A stretch of DNA of 64,000 nucleotides, from assembly GCA_001179505.1 (NCBI GenBank), contig CDMY01000416.1, positions 1 to 64,000 on the forward strand, in the 5' to 3' direction. The translations under genes and the position numbers were made by a program. This DNA is from Vitrella brassicaformis CCMP3155. Taxonomy: Eukaryota; Protista; Chromerida. The notes under the pieces were generated by a model. That model made no database searches, had not been told where the DNA came from, and saw nothing but the letters and a program-made list of their open reading frames with translations. Shown in pieces: positions 1 through 11,258 of the stretch. The first letter of the stretch is position 1; each line of letters starts with the position of its first letter.

Positions 1-1471
1 GTGTGTCTGCAGGTTGTGCATTTTCACGGGCAAACAGAGCTGCTACCTCTGCACTCCACTCGCTAAGCAAAGAGCACTGACTGCCCTCCCCCTGCTTATG
101 TGTGTGGTCACGTACTTGTTGTGCAAGCAGATGCTTGACGCTGTCGCGCTTCGGGCAGTTGCGGCAGAGGTGCTCGGTGCTGTCACAGATCCAGCACTTG
201 AGGCGCTTGCCATTCTTGCCCTTGCCGGCCTTGCCGCCATTGCCCGGTGCGTCTTTCGACGCCTTCGTCTGCTTGCTCTTGAGGCTCACGCCGGTCTGCA
301 CCGTTGGCTGCGCCTTCGGCTGCCCGGTCGTGGCCTTCTTGCCCTTGTTCTTCTTCTTGGGGATCGGGACGAACGACACCTTCTGTGCCGCCGCCACCGC
401 CCCGCCCGCCTCAGCCGCCGCACTGCTGGACCCGCTCTTGGAGCCCTGCTGCTGTGCAGCCGACCCTGTGAAGTCGGCCCACTGGCGGCACACCTTGAGG
501 AGCGTCAAGCAGTTGGTCTTGGCGGTTGGATCGATGACCATCGCCTCTCGCACCCGACCAAACGACGCCGGCAGCTTGGGGATGAAGAACTCGACCATCT
601 CTCGGTCGGCGATCGGGTCCACTCCTTGCAGTTGACGCAGCTCGTTCGCGCGCTGCACCACATGCATGAAGCTCGTCACCGCCTCCTCGAAGGTCCCCTT
701 TGGGTCGGGCTGCCAGTTCACCACCCAGGCGAAGGCATCCCCCCAGGCGCCAGCATGCGTTGGCTGGAACGCCTCCATCAGCGCGTCCCAGGCCGCAGCA
801 CCGTTGCCCGCTGGCACTTGCTGGACGACAGCCAGTGCCCGCGGATTTGTCGGCTGCTTCCCATCGTTGATGCCCATCAGTGCATCGACCAACTCCGCGT
901 GCAGATGAGCATTGTCTGCATCATACTGCCGCGTGCCGTGGGTGGCTCGCCCGGCCTCACGCTGGCCCTTGTCGAGCAGGTAGCCGATCTTGGCCTGCAG
1001 GCACTTGCTCTGCACCTCAAACGCGAACGTGGGGAAGCCATTCTGGTCGCCACTGAAGGTATGAAGCTTGAGCTTCTTACGCTCCAGCAACGCCTCCGAT
1101 GCTTTCTTCGACACCACGCATGCGCCAGTCAGCTTGCCAGCCGTATGAGCCTGCTGCAGTTCAGCGAGACTGGTGAAGTGCGGGAGGTCGTCCACATTGA
1201 TGTAGGCACCGATGTGTGACGACAGGGCAGCAGCACGACGTGCAGCACGCTCCTCCTCCGACACCATCACGGCATCGCCGTCTCCAGCGTTGTTGCCGTC
1301 ACCTTGGCCATGCTGGCCAGCCTCACCGCCAGGCACACCGCCAGGCACACCGCCATTCGGTGCTGCTGCAGCCTCACCGCCACTCGGTGCTGCTCCAGCG
1401 TTCCCGTCGCCGTTCGGCGGGACCTGTGGAGGTGCCTCACCGCCTCCGACACCCTCACCACCTCCGCCCAT
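1..1471 (-). CDS. Retrotransposon Gag (copia-like), open to the window edge
   Basis: Manual translation from ATG at 1471 (MGGGGEG...) has no stop to base 1. It contains KLHTFSGDQNGFPTFAFEV, GAAAWDALMEAF, a Lys-rich tract and CWICDSTEHLCRNC (Cx2Cx4Hx4C). Absent from the ORF track because it lacks a stop. Confidence 0.85.
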   Translation of the reverse strand, partial: MGGGGEGVGGGEAPPQVPPNGDGNAGAAPSGGEAAAAPNGGVPGGVPGGEAGQHGQGDGNNAGDGDAVMVSEEERAARRAAALSSHIGAYINVDDLPHFTSLAELQQAHTAGKLTGACVVSKKASEALLERKKLKLHTFSGDQNGFPTFAFEVQSKCLQAKIGYLLDKGQREAGRATHGTRQYDADNAHLHAELVDALMGINDGKQPTNPRALAVVQQVPAGNGAAAWDALMEAFQPTHAGAWGDAFAWVVNWQPDPKGTFEEAVTSFMHVVQRANELRQLQGVDPIADREMVEFFIPKLPASFGRVREAMVIDPTAKTNCLTLLKVCRQWADFTGSAAQQQGSKSGSSSAAAEAGGAVAAAQKVSFVPIPKKKNKGKKATTGQPKAQPTVQTGVSLKSKQTKASKDAPGNGGKAGKGKNGKRLKCWICDSTEHLCRNCPKRDSVKHLLAQQVRDHTHKQGEGSQCSLLSEWSAEVAALFARENAQPADT

Positions 1472-1582
1472 CACGACATCCTCAGGATTCGTGTCACAGC
1501 GGGCGGAGCGCCAGTGTCCATGGCTCAGATCGATCTCACTCAGATCAACCGCTTGTGTCCTTCTCCCCGCAGGAGTAGCCAA

Positions 1583-1596
1583 GTGGGCTCATAACC
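1583..1596 (-). other. Primer-binding site complementary to the anticodon stem-loop of initiator tRNA-Met
   Basis: Plus strand GTGGGCTCATAACC matches the tRNAiMet anticodon arm sequence, the half-tRNA priming type known from Ty5 and Drosophila copia. It abuts the LTR end. Confidence 0.8.
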
Positions 1597-1825
1597 AGTT
1601 GCGTAACACAGTGGTCAAGCGAGTTATCGGCTAACGCACACCAAGCACAAAGAGCCTTCACGGAACACGCAAGAGTCTTTTGTCCGGTGCAAGGAGGGAT
1701 AGGCAGACAGAAGGAGAGCGGGCGCCAACCGTCCATCTATCTATCCGCCATTTCGCATTCGCATTCGCATGGCTCTAGGGCGCGTATAACTGTTCTCCAA
1801 CCTGTGGGCGTATCATTCCGCAACA
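1597..1825 (-). repeat. Putative 5' LTR, 229 bp
   Basis: Minus strand begins TGTTGCGGAA (1825) and ends TTACGCAACT (1597): a 7-bp terminal inverted repeat with one mismatch, directly upstream of the PBS. The partner LTR is not in the window. Confidence 0.7.
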
Positions 1826-1910
1826 GCTGAAAACAGAAATGCCAAGAATTGCCAGCTGAGTGGCAGGTGATGATCGTTGTGGCGTCCATATTGATGGTTG
1901 AACTTGGTGC

Positions 1911-3010
1911 ATGGAGCGGCTCATGGACGCAGAAGGCTTGACAGACGTCTTGGCAGGTCCTCCTCAAGACGACAACAATGGTGGCAGCGTGGTGGAGTAC
2001 AAGGGATTCAGGCTGCGGAGGAGGGCCGTAACCGTCAAATGCGGCGGCAAGGTCAGTCAGACAGACACAAAAACGAGCAACTGACCCGACGCCATCATCA
2101 CGACGGGCAAGAACACTCACTCTCTTTCTCTCTGTTTCTCTTTCTCTCTCCGTGTGCAGCTGTTCGGCCTGCCCACGCTGGCGGTTATGGTACTCAACGA
2201 CGAGTCAATGGCAGCACAATCGTCATCAGCACCAGCACCAGCACCAGCAGCAGCAGCCCCTCAGCGTGACGGACAGGCATCTGGCGTGCCATCGAGGAAT
2301 GAGGATTCTGCTGCTGCTGCCGGTGCTCAAGGTGCTGCTGCTGATAATGCTGCTGTTGATGATGGTGCATCCGATAGCAGCAGCAATGACGATGATGATT
2401 CGGCCGATGTCACCCTGTGTGAGATTGACGAGTCGGGCAACATTATCAATGCTGCGTGGACCTTCCCGGCGGACTACAACGACAAGCCTGGCTCAGACGA
2501 GGTCAGCACAGATACACCAGAAGCACACAGTCCCTCACCTGCATGGCATTCGTGTGTCGGGGTCTCTTCGTGTGTCAGACCAAGGACGCGCCATCGAATG
2601 ACGAGACGCTCTCAGGCACCAACCACGACGACGGCCAAGCACCGGTGTCCACCAACGCCCTTGCCCCCACCCTCCCCCTCCCCTCGCGCCAAGGCAGCAG
2701 TGTGGCGGCAGCAGGCCCACCGTCTTATGAGTACGACCCAGAACTCACCGTTGAGACGCTCCAGAAGCTCTACCACCTGGGCCGGCAACGACTCATCGGG
2801 CAGCAGAAGGCGTCTGCAGCCACACGCGTGTCAGCATCAGGCTCGGCGGCTTCTAAGCTGGCCCGCTCCCCGCCCACATCTCTGTCCCACTCCCTCTCAC
2901 GATCTAGATCAGGGTCGCCGCACGGCGCGCAGCACCAGCACGGCCGCCGCAGGCGGGCGCATGGCTGGACGAATGACAAGGAGAGAGCACCGCTGGCGCG
3001 AAGGTCGTGA
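1911..3010 (+). CDS. Hypothetical protein, 3 exons, low-complexity acidic/Ser-rich
   Basis: MERLMDAEG...VKCGGK | LFGLPTLAVMVL...KPGSDE | TKDAPSND...LARRS*. The exons join in frame through GT-AG introns. No recognisable domain. Confidence 0.5.
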
Positions 3011-3605
3011 TCGTGATCTTGATCGAGGGGCTTCGTCGCGGTGGCCGTCGGGTGTGGCGTCTGGTGCAGACAGGCGGGGGCGGCCCGGCCCGATGGAGCG
3101 ATGGCGCTGCAGCAGCGGGGGAGAGATATATGGGAGCAGGGAGGCGGCATGACCTCCTCAGAACAGACAGGACAGGTGTATCTATCTATCCCTTCATTTG
3201 TGTGCTGCTTATCTATCCAATCCACTTACTTGCTCACTCTCTGTGTATGTGTGTATGCTAAGCAATTGGCTGGATGAATCGGTAGGTCCCAATGAATGGG
3301 CTTTTATGCCGATTGACTGACGGTGTCGTGGGCATGGCGTTTTTTGCCGGTCGGTGTTGACAGGCGCGGACGGATTGTGTGCGTGTGTGTACAGAACAGA
3401 CACATGACTATGACGCAATGTGACGTGACCTACTGTGATGTGATGTCATGTCCTCTGTAATGAGATGCCCATTTGTCGGTGAGTGAGCGAGAGACGACTG
3501 ACTGACCGAGAGAGTGGAATGGTGACATTTGGAAGCTACGTCACAGTCAGCGATGGACGGACGGGCGCACAGGCAGCCTCTGTCAAGTCAGTCCGTCACT
3601 CACAC

Positions 3606-5270
3606 TCACCCATTTGTCTGCTCCCGCCTTATCCACACATCAGCCACCCAGTGCCACACACGCGGCGCATAAGACTTGACGCCCTCCACGTGACACACGC
3701 ACACCTCACAACTCGCACACTCACCCTCACCCTCCCCCTCACCCTCCCCCTCATTCTCCCCCTCACCCTCCCTCACCGCCGCCCGCACCTCCCTCCCCAC
3801 CCTCTCACCGAACTCCCGTCCGTCTGGCGCGTTGCCATGCAAGTGCAGCCAGCCGCCCGACCGCTTCAGCACACGCAAAGCGGCGGGGAGCCCATCCCAG
3901 CAGAAGGGGATGAGACCCATCAGCACCCTGTCGGCCGTGTCGGACCACTGAGCTTCATCGGGGCCGTCAGGCAGGCCCAGCAGGCGGCTGTCGCCTTGCC
4001 GGATTTCCAGACGGTCGTCGAGGTCATCGATGCTGTTCAGAGGGAGGGAGGCCCTGAATGCCTGGATCAGACCAGGCCGGGCGCCTTTCCGTGTCTGTGT
4101 CGGTCTGTCTGTCTGTGTGCGTGTGCGTACCTCTATGGCCCGGGGATTCCAGTCACAGGCGCACACCTTGGCGATCGACCTCCTCGGGTTGAGTGCGAGC
4201 AGAGGGAGGGTAAAGTACCCAATGCCGCAGTACATGTCCACCACCACACTGCCCGTTTCCGATGGCTGGCACGGGCAGTCTTCTGGCGGGCTCCACTCAG
4301 CCATTCGACGCCTGCACCATGTCACAAAGGATAGACAGACAGACAGACAGCATGGGTGCGGCGGGTGAGGTATCGGTATCTTTGTCGGTGACCGACCTTT
4401 CAGTGCCGTTTCCTGATGCAAACATGTTGGTAGTGACATCAAAGCGGTAGACCACGCCATTCTCGCGGTGGGTGGTCCACCCGTCCCCACCCCACATCAA
4501 CACAGCCTGCAACGACACAACAAGATGCCACCATCCATCCGTCCATTCATCCATCCATCCATCCATCCAAATCTCTCTCTCTCTTTCTGTCCCCTACTCA
4601 CCTTGCTGTCCCTCGTCGGCCCCTCTATCTCCCCCTGCACACCGACAGCCTTAACCCCAAGACCCTTCGCCAGCTCCCGCAACACAATGCCGCCCTTCTC
4701 GGCGCCATCAAGCCCACCGAAAGTCCCATGTGGAAACAGCACAACGTCCCCAAGCCTCTCCCATCGCGTCGGCACCAGGCAACTGGCGTCACTCACATAA
4801 CAGCCGGATGGACCGGCCCTCAGCAGTGCTTGTGCGATGCGGTCGCTGTCAGACGGCGGGATGACTTGCGCGTTGCAGAGGTCGCCGTCGGCCACGAAGG
4901 CAATCACCTGGTCGCCATTCGCTGCCGAGCCATTGCTCGCGATGAGTTCAATCGACTCAAGAAGGTCTGCCGGGAGAGATGCCGCGTCAAAGGAGGCGAG
5001 AACGGGGACGTATGACACCGCCGTGCTGTCAGCGGCTGCCTGCTGCTGCTGCTGTGTGTGGTGCGGTCTTGTGGTGATCTTCCTGGCCCTGTCGAAGAGG
5101 CCTTGTTGCTCCAGGGCTTGCTTGATGGACTTGACGGCGTGTAGATCTCGCACCACGATGCTCAGATTCGATGCGACAGAAGCGCACTCGCGACGGCTGA
5201 CGCGATGGGGAGGCATTTCTGAGGCTGCCGCTGCTCTTGCCATGCATCGGCGAAAGATCAAGCTCGCCAT
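3606..5270 (-). CDS. TYW2: tRNA wybutosine-synthesizing protein 2 (TRM12/TYW2, Met-10+-like SAM-dependent transferase)
   Basis: Motifs RWERLGDVVLF, THRENGVVYRFDVTTNMFASGNGTER, VVDMYCGIGYFTLP, DWNPRA, ADRVLMGLIP, GGWLHLHGN and VKSYAPRVWHWVADV occur across GT-AG-bounded exons. Confidence 0.9.
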
Positions 5271-6615
5271 GCGAATGAAGTGATGGAAGCGCGGGTGTCG
5301 GGGGAAGGAGCTCAATGCAATAGTTTGTTGCAGACACGTGTTATGCAACAAGTCGACAGTCCGCCAGTCAGTAGTGAGTGAATACAGCTCACTGGGAGGA
5401 GCAGGCATGGCATGGATGGTCTCACGCACCACACGGCCGCACGCACACGCACACTGATGGATGGATGGATGGCATCGATGCAGCAGGGACGTTGGGCCTC
5501 GCTGCCGCCTCACGCACACATCGGATGCAGCACACCTTTTTTGTCTTTTGGCTTTTCCCGTCACACCAGACACACACACACACATGGAAGCACCTGTAGC
5601 AAGTAGGCTCATGTGTGTCGATGATGGGACAGGGAGAGAGGGAGAGAGAGAGGGAGGGCATGACATCATGCATCAGCATCAGTCAGCTATCACCTAACCG
5701 ATGCTGATGCTGCGACATGATGCACAATCCACCACCCACTCACCCACTCAGTCACTCAGGCAAAGAGAGAGAAGGAGGGGAGGAGAGACCCGCCTCAAAA
5801 TCGAGCCACACACACACGCACGCACACACACCCACCCTAATAATATATGAATGCAATGCGGTGCGCACACTCAAACAAAGAAGGAAGTGGCAGCAAGCAT
5901 AGCGCAGCGATCTCTGGACTGTCACCCACTCCTCTGCAACCATCGCCCACCCACCCTGTGCCCGTCAACCGCCAGCTCACTCGACTCACTCACTCATCGG
6001 CAACCAACAGAGAGCCAAACAGTGAGTGAAGTGAGGGGCGGGAGGGCAGCCAGGCGGGATGAGATTAGATGAGCAGCAGACAGGGAGGGAGTGGGCAAGA
6101 GGGAGGTCTGAGCTGCACACATGGAGCTACAGGTAGGTACCTTTTTTGTTGTCTTACAACCCCTTGCCCCTCGTTTCTTTCGTTGTCCTTTTCTGTCCCC
6201 CCGACTAACATACAGAGCTTTGTAGAGAATGAGGGGGTACGTGGGCAGGTGTGAGCGGCGGCAAGACGGGCTCGCCACGCAGGCAAAACGTGGCACACGC
6301 CAGGCAGGCAGGCAGGTCGGCCGGCCGGAAGGCTGGATGGCGCGGGAGTGATGGGCGGCACGAATCACTCACTCACTCAGACAGACAGGCAGGTAAGCAG
6401 GCTAGCCATTGAAAACAACCACCACTTGCGTAGCGCACCACCACGCCCATCCCATAGTAACCCACCCACACACGCCCACCCCACCAGGCCACAGCCACCC
6501 ACCCACCACCCAGTGGCCAGCTACGCCCGGCTGTCTGTCCGTTTCTCTATCTGTCTGTGTCGGTGATGTCTGTCGGTGAGTGCGTCAGTCAGTCAGTCAG
6601 TGATGAGGAAGTCAG

Positions 6616-7412
6616 TCAGTAGGTGGTGCCTTCGGGCGGCTGGGGGAGTCGCCTGTTCTGGGGCGAGACCATCTCCCGCCGCAGGTTCTCGAGGATGGTC
6701 TCCATCGTGTAGTTGCGGTTCCAGTTCTGCAGAGTCGACAAACCGTTCACCTACACACACACGCACACACACAGGGAGAGAGAGGGAGGGGAGATGCGCG
6801 ATAGGCGTGGTGAGGGGTCCCTGTCAGTCAAGTCAAGGCCACGTGTGTGCGGTGCGGTATGTGGATACCGCGCCATGTCTGTCGACGGGTGAGATGTTGA
6901 TTTGCGTGTTGAATCGCACGGTGGGGGGCCGGTCGGGGTACTGCTCGCCGCATATGATCGTCAGGTTGTAGATCCGATTCTCATACGCCGTCTAAACACA
7001 GTCACACAACACAACACAACACAACACAATACCACCCAACATGAGAGCACTGCACTGGCTGCATCGGCATCTCATCGCCTGTCGCTGGCTGGTGTGAAGC
7101 AAGGTGAGTGCGTACGCCGGGCGGTCCGAAGATGGTGCAAGTCCATGTGGTGAGAGTGATGTCGTCGGCCCGCTCGAGGCCCCAGGTGCACCCCTCGGCG
7201 CCCTCGCCCTTCTGACCCTTCTCCAACTCGGCCAGCAGACGGAAACTACGGGGCACAACCACCTGACGCAAGCAATCAAACATACCAAACACACCAAACA
7301 TACCAAACACACCAGACAGACAAGTGTGCTGCGCCGCGCCGCGCCGCGCCGCGCCGCATTGGTGGACCTGATCTGTGTTGTGTCTGCCTGTGCCTGCGTA
7401 GCGTACCGCCAT
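6616..7412 (-). CDS. UEV1: Ubiquitin-conjugating enzyme E2 variant (UEV1/MMS2)
   Basis: MA | [19 protein letters not shown]...[10 protein letters not shown] | ...[25 protein letters not shown]... | ...[36 protein letters not shown]. No catalytic Cys, as expected for a UEV. Confidence 0.93.
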
Positions 7413-7770
7413 GGCTGATGGGTTGATGAGTGCTGTCTGTGCTGCAGGTGTAAGTGACCTGTCGTCGTCGAACAGACAGATGCGAGGAGCCCAGCTGACA
7501 GCCGACAGCCGATCAGACGGAGTGACTGTTCGCCTTGCCAGATGCCGTCCTCTCGTGTGTCAGCCGCCTCGAAGCCTCACACGCCTCGCTGCAGACCGGG
7601 AAGCCTCAGCTCAGAAAATGGGGTTGGTTCTCGGCGCGTTCAGCTCTGCCAGAGCTCCTGGCGTCCTCCAGACCAGCTGTAGGCGTGCTGAGGAGGCAAA
7701 AGAGGCGGGTGCTGCGACACGGATTGCGGATCTCTGCGAGCTCAGAAAGGTGAGAGCCTCGAGGGAAATG

Positions 7771-8287
7771 ATGACAAGCATGAACGCGCTGCTTTGTGGG
7801 CTGGTGGTGTTTGTGCTGGCGGCCGCCGGTTGGGCAGCGGAGGTGCCAGTTTCCTTCGTGAGCTACCTCAACGGGAGGTCATCATCATCCTGCAGCACAG
7901 GCGCCCTGAAGGCATGCAGGAAGAAGGTAAGCGAGCAGGGCGGCCAGACGGACGGCTGCCTTGACGGCTGCCTGGACGGCTGAATGGCTGATCATGCGCA
8001 GATCAGATCCCCATCTATCTATCGTCTTTCTTCTTGCTTCCATTCATTGGCTGTGTGTTGTCTTCGCTTGCTGCTGCTGCTGCTGCTGTGTGTGTGTTGA
8101 CTGACAGAGTTTGTTTCGTCCAGGTGTAGGGTGCCTGACGATGCGCAAGGACTCCAACAATGGGGAGGGGCCGCAGGGCAACAAAGACGACTTCGAGTAC
8201 AGGGTCAGAAGGGAAACCAGAGCAGGGAGGGAGGGAGGGAGGAACGATAGGCAGAGAGTGGACACATCTGTGTCACAAAGGTGTAGG

Positions 8288-8322
<35 letters not shown>

Positions 8323-9225
8323 TGGCTGACAGGGTGGTGTAGACTGGGATGCCGAGTGGAAGAAGGTGCTCGAGGGACAGCAGGTGCGGCGGGGCGGGAT
8401 GGGCGGCTCAGCCAACATGCGCACACACACATATATGCACACGCGCATCGCGTGGAGGATGGGCCCATCCGACCGAGGCACCACATACGTGTTGTGTGAT
8501 GCAGGACAAGATTCAGCGTCCCAAGGGGACAGAGGTGCTGACGGACTTCCAAAAGACGCAAAAGAAACTGCAGTCAAACCTCAGCCGGTGAGTGAGTGAG
8601 TTGGGGGCAGGCACCAACGAACCAACCAACGAACGAACGAACGGTCTGCGGGTGCATTACATTCCTGTCTGTCTGTCTGTCTGTGGTGCGTTCTATGTCT
8701 GTCAGTATTCCGTCGTCCTTGAGTGACTATGTGGGCGACTGGCGCTTCTGGCTGGTCGTCATACTCGCACTCTCCTTCATCGCGTCATTCGTCACTACCT
8801 TCAACAGGTAGGTCGGCGTGAGCAATGAAAGAACCGCACACCCACTTGTATGTGTGTGTGTGTGTGGTGCCTGCCTGCCTGCCTGCCTTGTTGTGTCAGG
8901 CCACAGCTGACGGTCCAGTCCACTCAGCTGCAGGCCCTGCTCGGAGAGTTTGTGGAAGAGACCGAAGACATGGTGACCTTCACACACAGACAGACAGACA
9001 GACATCCACAAACACCCACCCGCATCCGCCGCCCTCCCACAGGCCGCCTCTGCTTCCTGTCTGTGTCAGTTTGCCTCCTTGTGGAGCACTGCCGAGCCAG
9101 CGGACGAGATGAGTACGGGTGGGGGTCTCGTGCGATACGCGTCGGCAGCACAGGCTGAGGATGCCCCCCTCCCTCTCCACTGGATGTCGCTCGCACTCCT
9201 CGACAGCCTCAAGGAGAGAACCTGA
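7771..9225 (+). CDS. Hypothetical membrane protein with signal peptide plus transit-peptide-like leader (probable plastid targeting)
   Basis: Six exons join in frame: MTSMNALLCGLVVFVLAAAGWAAEVPVSFVSYLNGRSSSSCSTGALKACRKK | SLFRPG...FEYR | DKIQRP...LSR | IPSSLSDYVGDWRFWLVVILALSFIASFVTTFNR | PQL...EDM | FASLW...KERT*. Confidence 0.55.
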
Positions 9226-11258
9226 CACACCCTGACCGAGTGGATGGGTGGGTTAGGAAGGGACGATGGCTGGCTGCTCGCCTGCCTGCCTGCCTAGAGA
9301 CGCATCTGCCTGTCTGTCTGCCTTGGGCAGGGTGGGCGTGTCGTCTGGGTGGTATGGCAACGAAGTAGCCGAATCTAGCAACCCCCCACATTGGGAGGGG
9401 ACGGATTGTTGAGTACGAGAAGTACGATAGATGCCTACTTAGTTCTCTGTGGTGGTCTGTCGGTTGATTGGATTGACTGATACCCTTTTTTGTGCTGGAG
9501 GGGGGGGAGCCTTGCCGTCGAAGACAGCTCCTCCTTCCCTGCCCTCTCCTTCTCCCTCTCTTTCTCCCCCTCTCTCTCTCTCTCCCCCTCTCTGCCTCTG
9601 TCTCCCTGGCTGCTCGAGTGTGTATCTTACCCTTCTCTCCTGTGTGGCTGTCTGGCTGTTCCATCGGGGAGGGGTGCGGTCAGTCGGTTGTGTGCGTCGG
9701 CTCTGTACCATAAGTACGCTGAGGGCCGTGTTTGAGCGTCAATGCGATCCGCTGGCAGGGCTGGCTGGTGTGGCTGGTGGTGCTCGTGAGTGAGTGTGGT
9801 GATATACGTGGGTGTGGTGTACAGAATGATTGATTGATATAAGGAGGGAGTGGGTCACTACTACTGTAGGTCTACGGTGTGGTGTGTGGTGTGTGTTGGT
9901 GTGAGTGCCGGCCGCTAGGGCTTCTTTATACGATCCATCCCGCATCCACCAGTACTGATCGACTGGACGATCGACTGGACGATTGGTTATTGATTGACTA
10001 ACTGAACACCCACCATTGATTGCCCAAGAGAAACACGGACCGGACGGACCGAGCTGCTCGGGGCGGTCGAGGGGCCCACACACACAACATTTGATTAGGT
10101 ATAATAAATAGAGAGTCACGAGTACACACACACACCACGGACACACACCCACCCGTGCCATGTGACGGGCAGGCAGGCAGGCAATCATTCAGAGAGGAGA
10201 GGGGCAGAGAGGGAGGGGATCCATGTAGGCGAGGTGCATGGACGACACACCTAACGTACCTATATGGCAGCACAACGACAGAGACAGAGAGGCAGAGAGA
10301 CAGACAGACAGACATTCAGACAGACAGACAGACAAGAGAGAGAGATCGAGAGAACGAGTCAGTTACAGGACTGCGCAGGCACCCGGACACCACACTCAGA
10401 CACGCGGACAGACACAAGAAGACTACAGCCAGAGTCGACCCCACGCTCAATGCAACAAGGGTGCCGCACAGCCGCCGACATCACACCAGACCACAGAGAC
10501 CACACAGACCAAAGACCAACCGACCGACGGATTGATGCTGCCATAAAAGCAACTTCCCTCCCGCCCTCCGTCGCCACGCCATTCCCCTTCATCCGTCTCT
10601 GCCACACGCACACACAAGCGCGCGGCCCGATCGGTACATAAAGACCCTCCGTCCGTCCGACCAACCGACCATGAATGCAATGCACTCATGCAGCTCACTC
10701 ACCTCCTCTCGGCCCGGTCTCACCGAGGTGTGTCCAGAACACGACCCTCTCTCTCACCCGAGCAACACCCCACGCCCGAAGGCAACGAGGAACACCGAAT
10801 GGAATGGATGGATGGATGGATGGATGGGCTGACCAAAGATCCAGCCACCACAGACAGACAAGAAACAAAATGACACGCGAGGAGGGTAGGGGAGATACAC
10901 GCGAGCATAGAAGCGATGGATAGATAGATGCGGCAACGTCAATCAACCAGGGTGGGTGAAAACGATCGACGGCCATGATGGGATGGGATGGTTAGATATG
11001 AGTGTGCGTGCGCGTCTCGCACACCAAAAAGCAGCATAGCATGTACCCCACACCACATCCGCCCAGACACACACACACTCACACTCACACCCGCACTCCC
11101 ACAAAAGAGCCCTCACCTTCCACATATAAAGATCGCTCCTCTCCCACCCACCGAGTCAGTCTGACCCAGTCAGTCAACACATCACTGCCCCTACCCTACC
11201 CCACCCCACCCCTCCCTACTGACTTACACCCACACCACACACACGAGCACACAAATCA

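Larger units (their letters stand above)
1..1825 (-). mobile_element. 5' part of a Ty1/copia-type LTR retrotransposon (5' LTR, PBS, gag); remainder lies beyond the left window edge
   Basis: On the minus strand, an LTR-like segment with TGTTGCG...CGCAAC(T) ends is followed immediately by GGTTATGAGCCCAC and then a gag-like ORF with a CCHC zinc knuckle. Confidence 0.85.

Noticed and set aside
14-1219. 401-aa plus-strand ORF
   Set aside because: Antisense shadow of the GC-rich gag frame, with no protein-like motifs.
9400-11200. Numerous short ORFs in microsatellite-rich intergenic DNA (also 34400-36000, 40700-42350, 57800-59400)
   Set aside because: Translations are CVCV, WMDG or QTDR repeats derived from simple sequence repeats.
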